Shown here piece after piece: positions 17,523 to 26,183 of a DNA stretch of 31,602 nucleotides; positions within the stretch are counted from its first letter, which is position 1, and each line of letters begins with the position of its first letter. This DNA is from Bdellovibrio sp. Lineage in GTDB: Bacteria; Bdellovibrionota; Bdellovibrionia; Bdellovibrionales; Bdellovibrionaceae. Location: assembly GCA_046318155.1 (NCBI GenBank), contig JBKCUU010000002.1:1-31602 (forward strand), written 5' to 3'. The position numbers and the translations under genes are program-made. The notes beneath the pieces were generated by a model. The model was not told where the DNA came from and searched no databases. It was given only the letters and a program-made list of their open reading frames with translations.

Positions 17523-18440
17523 ATGACGTCGTTGTCACACGTGACCTTGTTGATGGTTTTAGCCTTGGCCTTTGCGCTTTCGGGCTGCACCAGCAAAAAA
17601 GCCGAACTTGGGTCTGAAAAAAATCCCGTGAAGCTCTACTTCGTCCCTTCGGTTGATGCCAAAGTGATCGATGACAACTCAAAGATATTTAAAGACTTTC
17701 TCGAAAAAAACACGCCTTATAAGTTTCAAGTGATGATCCCGCAATCTTACGTGGCGGTGGTTGAAGCTTTCGGAACAAAGCGCGCGGATATTTCGGCGAT
17801 GAACACGTTTGGTTATGTCTTGGCCCATGAGCGCTACGGCGCCGAAGCTCGCATGACCGTGCTACGCCACGGGGCTTCGACGTACCAAGGCCAGATTCTC
17901 GTTAAAAATGACGATAAGATCAAAAGCCTGCCGGATCTTATGGGTAAAAAGTTGGCGTTCGTGGATGCGGCTTCGACATCAGGTTACTTGCTTCCGCTCA
18001 AGGTGTTAAAAGATCGCGGCATCGTTCCCAGTGAAACGATGTTTGCCGGCAAACACGACAACGTCGTCTCGATGATTTACAACGGGCAGGTCGATGCCGG
18101 TGCGACTTTTTATTCTCCTCCTGACGCTGAAGGCATTCAGGATGCTCGTCGTTTGGTGAAGACTCAGTACCCCGACGTCGAGAAAAAGGTCAAAATTTTG
18201 GAGCTGACCGAAGGCATTCCAAACGATCCCATCGTTTTTAGGAAAGAGATGCCGGAAGAAATGAAAAACGTTATCGTCGAGGCGTTCCTAAAATTTGTGG
18301 CAACTCCCGAAGGCAAAGACGCTTTTAAAAAAATCTATGCCGTCGATGATATCAAACGCGCCAGTGATGCGGACTATGACGCCGTTCGCACCATGCTCAA
18401 AGCTCTGGGTAAAAACGCCGACGAGCTCATGAAACAGTAA
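17523..18440 (+). CDS. phnD: Phosphate/phosphite/phosphonate ABC substrate-binding lipoprotein
   Basis: Lipobox LSGC; YVAVVEA, STSGYLLP, GKHD, IPND. GGAGGAG RBS before ATG 17523. Confidence 0.88.
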   Translation: MTSLSHVTLLMVLALAFALSGCTSKKAELGSEKNPVKLYFVPSVDAKVIDDNSKIFKDFLEKNTPYKFQVMIPQSYVAVVEAFGTKRADISAMNTFGYVLAHERYGAEARMTVLRHGASTYQGQILVKNDDKIKSLPDLMGKKLAFVDAASTSGYLLPLKVLKDRGIVPSETMFAGKHDNVVSMIYNGQVDAGATFYSPPDAEGIQDARRLVKTQYPDVEKKVKILELTEGIPNDPIVFRKEMPEEMKNVIVEAFLKFVATPEGKDAFKKIYAVDDIKRASDADYDAVRTMLKALGKNADELMKQ

Positions 18441-18444
18441 CTTG

Positions 18445-18461
18445 GCGCCCCTTTGGGGCGC
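18445..18461 (+). other. Intercistronic GC stem-loop after the binding-protein gene
   Basis: GCGCCCC-TTT-GGGGCGC, a perfect 7-bp stem starting 5 nt after the phnD stop, with no U-tract. Confidence 0.55.
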
Positions 18462-18499
18462 GTATGAGGGTGCGGATCATTTTTCAGAGGGATGGAGAT

Positions 18500-19267
18500 A
18501 TGGAAAAAATTCTTCAGGTTAAGAATCTCACAAAGATTTATCCGAATGGCACGCGGGCGCTTAAAGGTGTCAGCTTCGATGTTAAAAAGGGCGAGTTCTT
18601 GGTCATCATTGGGCTCAGCGGCTCGGGCAAATCGACGCTTCTTCGCTGCATTAACCGATTGCACGATCCGACCTCGGGCGAGATTTTGTTTAACGGTACT
18701 GACATCGCAAGAATCGAAGGCTCGGCTGTTCGCAGCGTTCGCAAAAGCATCGCGATGATCTTTCAGCACTTCAATTTGATTCCTCGGCATACTGTTCTTT
18801 CGAACGTTTTGATGGGTCGTTTGGGCTTTATGGGAACACTGGGTTCTGTGCTTGGTTTCTTTAAGCCCGAAGACAAAGAATCAGCGCTTAAGTATTTGAA
18901 TCTCGTCGGCATCGGCGAAAAGGCCAAAATGCGCGCCGACAACTTGTCGGGTGGGCAACAGCAGCGCGTGGCGATCGCCCGGGCACTGACTCAGGACCCT
19001 CAAGTTTTGCTTGCCGATGAGCCTGTGGCTTCACTTGATCCTGCGACTTGCCACACGGTGATGGATTATTTGCGCAAAGTAAATCAGGAGCTTGGAATTA
19101 CGATCATTGCCAACCTGCATTTTTTAAGTCTGGTTCGCGAATACGCGACGCGCGTGATCGCAATGAAGGACGGAGAAATCGTTTTTGAAGGCAGCCCGTC
19201 TGAAATTGATGAGGCCTTGTTCGAAAGAATCTACGGTGTTGGCGCCAAAGAAGTTCACATCAACTGA
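18500..19267 (+). CDS. phnC: Phosphonate-type ABC ATPase
   Basis: GLSGSGKSTLLRCINRL, NVLMGRLG, LSGGQQQRVAIARAL, LADEPVASLDP, NLH. GGAG RBS before ATG 18500. Confidence 0.92.
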   Translation: MEKILQVKNLTKIYPNGTRALKGVSFDVKKGEFLVIIGLSGSGKSTLLRCINRLHDPTSGEILFNGTDIARIEGSAVRSVRKSIAMIFQHFNLIPRHTVLSNVLMGRLGFMGTLGSVLGFFKPEDKESALKYLNLVGIGEKAKMRADNLSGGQQQRVAIARALTQDPQVLLADEPVASLDPATCHTVMDYLRKVNQELGITIIANLHFLSLVREYATRVIAMKDGEIVFEGSPSEIDEALFERIYGVGAKEVHIN

Positions 19268-19276
19268 GGAGAAGCC

Positions 19277-20305
19277 ATGATTGCGTCGATGATCAAACGA
19301 ACAATTTTAGACTCCATTTTGTTCGCTTACTTTTTTTGTGTTCTGATGTTGGTGATTTTTTCGCCTTCGCAAGCTGACATGCTCGATTTGAGTCGCAACG
19401 TTTTGGTGTTTTTTGTCGGGTTTGGTTTGGGTGTTATCGTCAGCTATGTGCTCAACAAAATGGGCTTGCGCACGTTGGGTGAATTGATTTTTGAGTCCGC
19501 TTATAAAAAAGCGGTGGCCGAAGAGGTCTCTTGGACCAGACAGGTTTGGAGCTACCAACTGATTTTGTTTTTGATCATCACCTTCACGGTGGGTTCAATC
19601 ATGACCAAGTTTTCTTTGACCGAACTCCTTGATGAAGATGGCTTTGCGGGAGCTGCGCGCTTGTTTAAAGGTTTGGCGTCGCCCAACATGGATCTGCTAC
19701 CTCGCGCGGTCCTCAATATTATTGAAACCATTTTTATGGCGTTCATGGCGACGGCGCTGGCAATTCCGGTTGCTTTTGTTTTGTGCTTTTTCTGCGCCAA
19801 GAATATCATGAAGGGCTCGGTTGGTTTTGCTATCTACTTGTTTTTACGAACGGTGCTAAATGTGACCCGCTCAATCGAAGCCTTGATCTGGGCGATTATC
19901 TTCTCGGTGTGGGTGGGGATTGGTCCTTTTGCCGGCATGCTCGCCTTGATGATTCACTCGATCGCTTCATTGGCAAAACAGTATTCTGAGATCGTTGAGA
20001 CCGTGGATGAGGGCCCCATTGAAGGCATCACCTCAACGGGAGCTGGAAAGTTGCAGACAATTTGGTTTGCCATCGTGCCTCAGGTGGTTTTGCCCTTTAT
20101 TAGCTTTACGGTGTACCGCTGGGACATCAATATTCGCATGGCGACAATCATTGGTTTGGTTGGCGGTGGTGGTATCGGAACTTTGTTAATTCAGTATCAA
20201 GGACAGGCCATGTGGCCCGAAGTTGGCACGATCATTCTCGTCATCGCCTTCGTGGTTTGGTTTATGGATACGGCTTCAGCGTACCTCAGAGAAGCGCTGA
20301 AGTAA
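19277..20305 (+). CDS. phnE: Phosphonate-type ABC permease with N-terminal membrane extension
   Basis: GIGPFAGMLAL, AKQYSE, DEGPIEG, YRWDINIRMATIIGLVGGGGIG. GAGGAG RBS. Confidence 0.92.
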   Translation: MIASMIKRTILDSILFAYFFCVLMLVIFSPSQADMLDLSRNVLVFFVGFGLGVIVSYVLNKMGLRTLGELIFESAYKKAVAEEVSWTRQVWSYQLILFLIITFTVGSIMTKFSLTELLDEDGFAGAARLFKGLASPNMDLLPRAVLNIIETIFMAFMATALAIPVAFVLCFFCAKNIMKGSVGFAIYLFLRTVLNVTRSIEALIWAIIFSVWVGIGPFAGMLALMIHSIASLAKQYSEIVETVDEGPIEGITSTGAGKLQTIWFAIVPQVVLPFISFTVYRWDINIRMATIIGLVGGGGIGTLLIQYQGQAMWPEVGTIILVIAFVVWFMDTASAYLREALK

Positions 20306-20704
20306 TCAGGAGTTCCAATTGATTGCTTTTTTCCAGGCGTCCGTGGGCTCGATCAGTTTGCGGGCTTGAAGATCAAATAAGCCAAAGATAAAAAGGGCCT
20401 CCGAGGCCAGGGTCCCATCTTCTTTAATCATTTGCTGCTGAAGACGCCCCACTTTGCCTTTATATTCAATGAGCTCGGTGGTGATGCGAATTTTTTCGCG
20501 CAGCTTGAGCTCGCTCACAAACTTGACGGTCACCTCTAAAATCACGGGACCGGTTTTAAGTTTTTGAATGTCTTTTAGGCCAAAGCCATTTCCGGTTGTG
20601 AGATCCCATCTGGCCTCCTCGTAAAGTGCCAGGTAGGTCGCATTGTTGACGTGCCCAAAAGTGTCGAGGTGCGCTTCGCGAATCAAGAGGTCGTAGCTAT
20701 GCAT
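20306..20704 (-). CDS. Acyl-CoA thioesterase (4HBT/YbgC-like hotdog fold)
   Basis: HLDTFGHVNNATYLALYEEAR signature. Start moved to ATG 20704. Confidence 0.9.
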   Translation of the reverse strand: MHSYDLLIREAHLDTFGHVNNATYLALYEEARWDLTTGNGFGLKDIQKLKTGPVILEVTVKFVSELKLREKIRITTELIEYKGKVGRLQQQMIKEDGTLASEALFIFGLFDLQARKLIEPTDAWKKAINWNS

Positions 20705-20774
20705 GTTTACCAGCTTAAATCTGGCCTTAAATATTGTCAAAAAGTTGGGCAAAAAGCCATAAAATATCAATGAC

Positions 20775-20801
20775 TTAAGTCCGCCCCTGGACCGCCGATA
20801 A
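20775..20801 (+). promoter_or_regulatory. Sigma-28 (FliA)-type promoter
   Basis: TTAA(G)-N15-GCCGATAA against consensus TAAA-N15-GCCGATAA; 20 nt upstream of ATG 20822, with a GGGAG RBS in between. Confidence 0.8.
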
Positions 20802-20821
20802 GCAAGCATCGGGGAGTTTGC

Positions 20822-21631
20822 ATGCAAAAGGTCACTGAAAAGTTTTATCTCACGCAGAATGGTAAACCAGTTGGTCCGTGGTCATTGACGGACATTCTTG
20901 CAAATCTTAAAGGACAGAAGATTTCGTGGACGGACTATCTGTATGATGAGTCTCGCAAAGACTGGGTTCTGCTGATGGACCACCCCGTCTTGGCCCCACA
21001 ATTTCGCGAGATGGCACATGCACCATCGACGTCGAGAGTTCCTAAACAGTACCCAAAACTGGCGGGCCCCGACGTTCAACTGAACCGTGAAAAAGAATGG
21101 TTCGCGTTGCGCGGCGATAACAAGTACGGACCCTTTACGCACGTTGAACTTCTAAAAATGCTACAAGAAAAACAGTTGTTCGAATTTGATTATGTTTGGA
21201 ATGTGCGCCTTTCAAATTGGAAGCGTGTTGCTGAATGTGATGAATTCTCTCCGAAGGCGGTCAATGCATTGCGCGAATCGGGTTTACCAGAAATTGGCGA
21301 AGTCTTTTTTCGCCGTCGGCACGCTCGCGCCGATTATGGTGCTTCGCTCGTTGTTCATGACAACCGGCAAGTCTGGAAAGCCGAGAGCCTCGAGATCAGC
21401 CCAGGTGGCTGTGGCTTGATGATTAACAACGACCTGATCGAGCCCGGTCAGAGTTTGTTTTTACACTTTAAAGCGGGCGATGGTGTTCCACCTTTTAATG
21501 CGATCTGTGAAGTTGTCAGCAAGCAAGCCCCGAAAAATGGTCAGGCGTGGAGCAAATATGGCGTGAAGTTCACCAGCATCAGCCGTCAAGTTCAACTTGC
21601 GATCAAAGAATTTACTCAGAAAGCGGCCTAA
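20822..21631 (+). CDS. Tandem GYF_2 domains plus PilZ domain (c-di-GMP effector)
   Basis: Two repeats (FYLTQNGKPVGPWS...W and WFALRGDNKYGPFT...VW...WKR), then PilZ motifs RRRHAR and EISPGG, and C-terminal YGVKF. Confidence 0.85.
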   Translation: MQKVTEKFYLTQNGKPVGPWSLTDILANLKGQKISWTDYLYDESRKDWVLLMDHPVLAPQFREMAHAPSTSRVPKQYPKLAGPDVQLNREKEWFALRGDNKYGPFTHVELLKMLQEKQLFEFDYVWNVRLSNWKRVAECDEFSPKAVNALRESGLPEIGEVFFRRRHARADYGASLVVHDNRQVWKAESLEISPGGCGLMINNDLIEPGQSLFLHFKAGDGVPPFNAICEVVSKQAPKNGQAWSKYGVKFTSISRQVQLAIKEFTQKAA

Positions 21632-21664
21632 AAATTGGCGGGCCCTTCGCCTCTGGAGGACAGT

Positions 21665-22657
21665 GTGTCAGGTCAATCATCACGAATGAACAAGATGTTC
21701 AAAGCCGCGGCTCTTGTGGGCACGTTGGCTTTTATGGGAACGGGTTGCACGAAACAAGATTTTGGTTTGCCCGATTCAAGCCAAGAGTTTGGCGCCACGG
21801 TGACTTACAACAATAAAGTCGATATCGTTTTGATGGTCGACAATTCGTCGTCAATGGTCCAATACCAGAATAAATTTGCAAACGAAGTTCCGCAAATGAT
21901 CGCAAGTTTAAATTCAATGGGCTTGGATTATCACATTGCTGTGGTCACGTCTGATATGCGAAGTGCCGGGAACGGTGGTCGCTTCATCGGGTCACCCCGC
22001 TATTTAACCAGCGGAAGTTCGAACTTGGTTCAGACTCTTCAATCGCGCGTGAACGTCGGACAAAATGGCTCCGATTTAGAGCGAGGTCTTGAGTCTTTAA
22101 AGGCCGTCATGCAGCCCGCTTATCTGCAAGGCGAAGGTGCAGGTTTTTTTCGTGACGATGCACTTTTGGCCATGATCGTCTTGACCAACGAAGATGACTA
22201 TAGTGCTGAGTCGACGAATTCTTTCATCGATTATTTTGATACATTAAAACCTCCGTTTAAGGGGACGACAAAAGCGTGGACGATGAATTTTATCGGCGTT
22301 GTAAGCATTGGCGGCGAGTGCAGCACCACGGCCGACTTTAAAGAAGCGGGTCTTCGTTACATGGCGCTTTCGGATTACACCGGCGGGATTAAAGAGTCCG
22401 TCTGCAAATCGAGTTTAGCGACAGCCGTCTCAAATGTCCGCGCCCGGATCGTTGAGATCTTGTCCGAGTACTACTTGGACCGCACGCCGAACTTGGCAAC
22501 AATTCAAGTCCGCATTAACGGTAATCTCATTCCTCAAAATGCCACCAATGGTTGGAGTTACAGCTCTGCTCGTAACTCGATCCGGTTTCACGGCTCCGCC
22601 CTGCCTGGCGCCAATGACCGGGTCAACGTGGATTACACGCCCGCTGAAGGAACCTGA
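21665..22657 (+). CDS. VWA/MIDAS-domain lipoprotein (adhesin-like)
   Basis: Signal peptide with lipobox GTGC; MIDAS DIVLMVDNSSSM (DxSxS); ERGL; LTNEDD; C-terminal small beta domain (NGWSY). GGAGG RBS before GTG 21665 (alternative ATG 21686). Confidence 0.8.
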   Translation: MSGQSSRMNKMFKAAALVGTLAFMGTGCTKQDFGLPDSSQEFGATVTYNNKVDIVLMVDNSSSMVQYQNKFANEVPQMIASLNSMGLDYHIAVVTSDMRSAGNGGRFIGSPRYLTSGSSNLVQTLQSRVNVGQNGSDLERGLESLKAVMQPAYLQGEGAGFFRDDALLAMIVLTNEDDYSAESTNSFIDYFDTLKPPFKGTTKAWTMNFIGVVSIGGECSTTADFKEAGLRYMALSDYTGGIKESVCKSSLATAVSNVRARIVEILSEYYLDRTPNLATIQVRINGNLIPQNATNGWSYSSARNSIRFHGSALPGANDRVNVDYTPAEGT

Positions 22658-22677
22658 TTTTTTGGGCTCGCTTCAAA

Positions 22678-24420
22678 TCACGAGTTCAGGGTCGTCTCAA
22701 CAGCTCGGCCCTGTTCTATTTTGATAAAGCGATTGCAATCTTTGAGCGTCGAAAGACGGTGAGCGATGATTAAGCACGTTCGGCCGGTGATCGTTTCTTG
22801 AATCGCTTTTTGAATGAAAGACTCGGTTTCAGAGTCGACATTGGCCGTCGCTTCATCCAAAATCAAAAACGCAGGATTTGACACCAGGATGCGTGCAAAG
22901 CAAATCAGTTGGCGTTCGCCGATAGACATGTTGGCTCCGCGCTCTTCGACCCAAAAATCGAGTGTTCGTCCCGAGCGCTGAAAGAAATCCCAGGCTCCCA
23001 TACGCCGCAAGGCTTGCTCCATGACCTCGCGGGTGTGCAGGGGTTCTCCCAAGCTCAAGTTGTCGGCGATGGTCCCGCGAAACAAGACGGGATCTTGCTG
23101 AACAACGCCGATCCAGCGTCTAAGCTCATGCCTGGGCACCTGGTTGATGGGGACGCCGCCGATGAAAAGGCTGTCGTCCCGAAGCTCGTAAAACCGTTGC
23201 AACAACGAGATCACGGTTGATTTGCCGGCACCAGTGCGCCCCATCAGGGCGACGCGCTCGCCGGGGTGGATGGTCAGATTGAGATTCTCGAGCACATAAG
23301 GTTGGTCGTCAGCGTAACGAAATGACAAATTTTTAAATTCAATCGAACGGTTCTGTTTGGCCAAAACTTGCGGATCAAAAAATGACGAGGTTGACATCGG
23401 CTCACTGCGAAGACTTTCTTCGGGCGCTTCTTCAAACAAATGAAACACGCGCTCGGCCGAGGTCAAGCTGTTCTGAAACTGTTGATACTTCTCAAGCATC
23501 TCTCTTAAGGGTGGAATAAAGTCTTGGGCGTGCAGTAAAAAAGCAACCAGCGAGCCGATGGCGAGATCGCCTTGCAGGGTGAAGTAGCCGCCGCCGGCAA
23601 GTGCTGAGGTGACAACGATCGCGGTAAAAAGATTGAGCAAAGGCTGCATCAAGGCATAGGCCTTGATCGAACGGATCAGAACATATTGATAATTCAAAGA
23701 AGTCGCATTAAAGCGCTTCTCGGAGTAGGGAGCGGCGCCCAAGATTTGCAACACCCGCATGCCTTGCAAGCTCTCTGAAGCGTAAGAGCTGAGGTTGGCC
23801 AGTTCTTTCTTTGATTCGCGCAAGATCACACGGATGCGTGAGCTCACTTTCAGACTGGCCCACAAGAAAAAGGGCATCAGGGCGAGCGTGATTAGTGTCA
23901 GTTTGACCGAAATCAAGAGCATCGAGATGACAAGGCTGACTAAAATTAAAAAATTCGACAAAATCGCGATCGCGCCTTCGCTAAAGACTTCATTGAGGTT
24001 GGCCGGATCATTTGTGAGACGGGTGACGGTTCGGCCCACCGGATTTCGGTGAAAGTAGTCCAGCGGCAAACCCTGAACATGCCCGACAAGCTTTTCGCGC
24101 AAATCCGCCAAGACGCGGTTACCAAACTTTTGAAACAAAAACAGGTAACCAAACTGGCTGATGGCATGCAGGGTTTGTAGACCCAAGTATACCCACGCGG
24201 CATAAACTAAGACCGAGACATTTTTTTCAAGAACGCCGTGATCAATGGCGTAGCCAATCGTCTGAGGTAGTAGCCGTGCCGAAATGATCGAAAGCAGCAT
24301 CAAGATCGTTGCGGTCAATCCCAGCTTCCAGAACACTTTGGCAAAGGGCCATAGCTGCATAAACATGTGCCTGAGCTGCATTTTTGTTTGAACTTCGTCA
24401 GTTTGAACGAATGGACTCAT
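22678..24420 (-). CDS. ABC exporter half-transporter (MdlB-like)
   Basis: TMD plus NBD; GRTGAGKST, degenerate signature MSIGERQL, Walker B ILDEATANVD, IAHRLST. Confidence 0.92.
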   Translation of the reverse strand: MSPFVQTDEVQTKMQLRHMFMQLWPFAKVFWKLGLTATILMLLSIISARLLPQTIGYAIDHGVLEKNVSVLVYAAWVYLGLQTLHAISQFGYLFLFQKFGNRVLADLREKLVGHVQGLPLDYFHRNPVGRTVTRLTNDPANLNEVFSEGAIAILSNFLILVSLVISMLLISVKLTLITLALMPFFLWASLKVSSRIRVILRESKKELANLSSYASESLQGMRVLQILGAAPYSEKRFNATSLNYQYVLIRSIKAYALMQPLLNLFTAIVVTSALAGGGYFTLQGDLAIGSLVAFLLHAQDFIPPLREMLEKYQQFQNSLTSAERVFHLFEEAPEESLRSEPMSTSSFFDPQVLAKQNRSIEFKNLSFRYADDQPYVLENLNLTIHPGERVALMGRTGAGKSTVISLLQRFYELRDDSLFIGGVPINQVPRHELRRWIGVVQQDPVLFRGTIADNLSLGEPLHTREVMEQALRRMGAWDFFQRSGRTLDFWVEERGANMSIGERQLICFARILVSNPAFLILDEATANVDSETESFIQKAIQETITGRTCLIIAHRLSTLKDCNRFIKIEQGRAVETTLNS

Positions 24421-26168
24421 GACGAAGCCCCTTGGTGGCGGCGCATCTGCTGATAGGTCGGAGACCGCCGCATCAGCTCGGCGTCTGTTCCAAAATCCTC
24501 ATGCCCGGCATCATTCAGAACCAAGATTTTTGAGCAGGAACTTAAAACTGTGAGCCTGTGGCTAATCAGAATTAGAGTTTTATTCCAATCCGACAGTGCC
24601 CGGATCAATTGATCTTCGGTCGCATGATCAACGGCGCTCATGACGTCATCCAAGATCAAAACATCGCAATCGGCGAGCATTCCGCGCGCCAGGGTCAGCC
24701 TTTGCTTTTGGCCGCCCGAAAGATTAACGCCTTTTTCACCCAGCTCCGTCTTGAGCCCGTGCGGAAGGCGCTCGATTTCATCCAGCATTTGTACTTTCGC
24801 AAGGGCCTGGCGGACTTGCTGGGTTGTTAAATTGGGCGCGGCGAGCTTCAGGTTGTCTTCGATGCTCATCGAAAACAAAAGGGGCTCTTGCGTGACGATG
24901 CAAATCCGCTCGCGTAAAGAATCGATGGTATAGGATTCGCTCGGATGACCATTGACCAGGATCGACTTTTCAGGGGCGGGGAGCAGGCGTCCGAGCAGCA
25001 GGGCCAGAGTTGTTTTGCCGCTGCCGATAGGTCCCAAGATCCCGATCTTTTCGCCTTTATGCACAGAGAAAGACACATTTTTGAGGCCTGCGTTGGTTTG
25101 CCCCTGATATTGAAAATGTAAGTCGCGCACTTCAAGCTTTTCGAAGGGCCCCAAAACGCGTGTTCCCAAGTCGGGGATTTGCGTTTTGGTTTCAAGCACG
25201 GTGCGGATCCGAGAGAAGGAGGCCATGCCTTTTTGGTATTGCGAGAAGCCCAAACCAAAAGCTGTCATGGGCCAGACCATCTTAATGATATAGCGCTGAA
25301 ACGCCACGAAGGTCCCGATGCTCGCGGCCCCCGTGATCAGGTCATCGGTGGCGATAAAAATCAAAATGACTGACCCGGCCGCGACCCCGAACTGCATAAT
25401 CGGGGCGAAGAGTGAGTCGACGAGGGCGACGCGGTTGCAGGCGACTTCATATTCGAGGTTCAGCTTGCGGTAGCCCAGCAAACGCGTGCGCTCCTGAACA
25501 AAGCTTTTGAGCACGCGAATGCCCGAGATCGTTTCTTGCGTGTGACCTGAGAGAAGCGAGAGTTTCTCTTGCTCGACTTTGTAGCGGGTAAAAATCATTT
25601 GCGTCACCCAGCGAATAAGCAGCGGAACGAAAGGCAAAAAAATCAGCGTCTTCCAAGTCCATGACGGATTCAGCGAAATCATGATCGGTAAAATCACGAT
25701 CAAGATGACAGCTCCATCGACCAGGATCAGGACCGAGTTGCCGATAGCCTGTCTAAAAGCCTGAACATCGTTCACCAAGAGGCTCATCAGCTCGCCAATT
25801 TGGTTGCGTGAGTAGAACTGCAAATCAAGATGACTCAGATGCTTATAAAGTTTTTGCCGAAGGTCTTCAGCGGCTTTGGTGTGGTACTCACCAAAAAAAG
25901 TGCGCCAGCCATAACGGGTGACGGCCAGTGCTGCCATCACGGCAAAAAACAGCGCCGATGTTTTTGCCAGAGCGGCAAAGCCTTGGCCCGAGGTGACTTG
26001 GTCAAGTGCTTGCTTGACGATCAAAGGATAGATGCCGTCCAAAGCGTTGGTGACTAGCAAAAAAAGCATGCCGATCCAAAATGAGCGTCCGTATTTTTTG
26101 ATGTAATAAATGAGGGGAGACTTCAGAAGCACAGAGATTGGTTTAACAGTCGGCGCACTCCGGGTCAA
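24417..26168 (-). CDS. ABC exporter half-transporter (MdlA-like)
   Basis: TMD plus NBD; GPIGSGKTT, LSGGQKQR, degenerate Walker B ILDDVMSAVD, ISHR; 4-nt overlap with its partner. Start codon uncertain. Confidence 0.92.
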   Translation of the reverse strand: MTRSAPTVKPISVLLKSPLIYYIKKYGRSFWIGMLFLLVTNALDGIYPLIVKQALDQVTSGQGFAALAKTSALFFAVMAALAVTRYGWRTFFGEYHTKAAEDLRQKLYKHLSHLDLQFYSRNQIGELMSLLVNDVQAFRQAIGNSVLILVDGAVILIVILPIMISLNPSWTWKTLIFLPFVPLLIRWVTQMIFTRYKVEQEKLSLLSGHTQETISGIRVLKSFVQERTRLLGYRKLNLEYEVACNRVALVDSLFAPIMQFGVAAGSVILIFIATDDLITGAASIGTFVAFQRYIIKMVWPMTAFGLGFSQYQKGMASFSRIRTVLETKTQIPDLGTRVLGPFEKLEVRDLHFQYQGQTNAGLKNVSFSVHKGEKIGILGPIGSGKTTLALLLGRLLPAPEKSILVNGHPSESYTIDSLRERICIVTQEPLLFSMSIEDNLKLAAPNLTTQQVRQALAKVQMLDEIERLPHGLKTELGEKGVNLSGGQKQRLTLARGMLADCDVLILDDVMSAVDHATEDQLIRALSDWNKTLILISHRLTVLSSCSKILVLNDAGHEDFGTDAELMRRSPTYQQMRRHQGASS

Positions 26169-26183
26169 ACGAACGAGCTGGGC

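Noticed and set aside
17420..17596. 59-aa N-terminal extension of the HAD ORF overlapping phnD
   Set aside because: A good RBS precedes ATG 17419, and the extension crosses the divergent promoter region and the phnD start. The extended starts given for alr, rsmI, phnC and the thioesterase were likewise trimmed.
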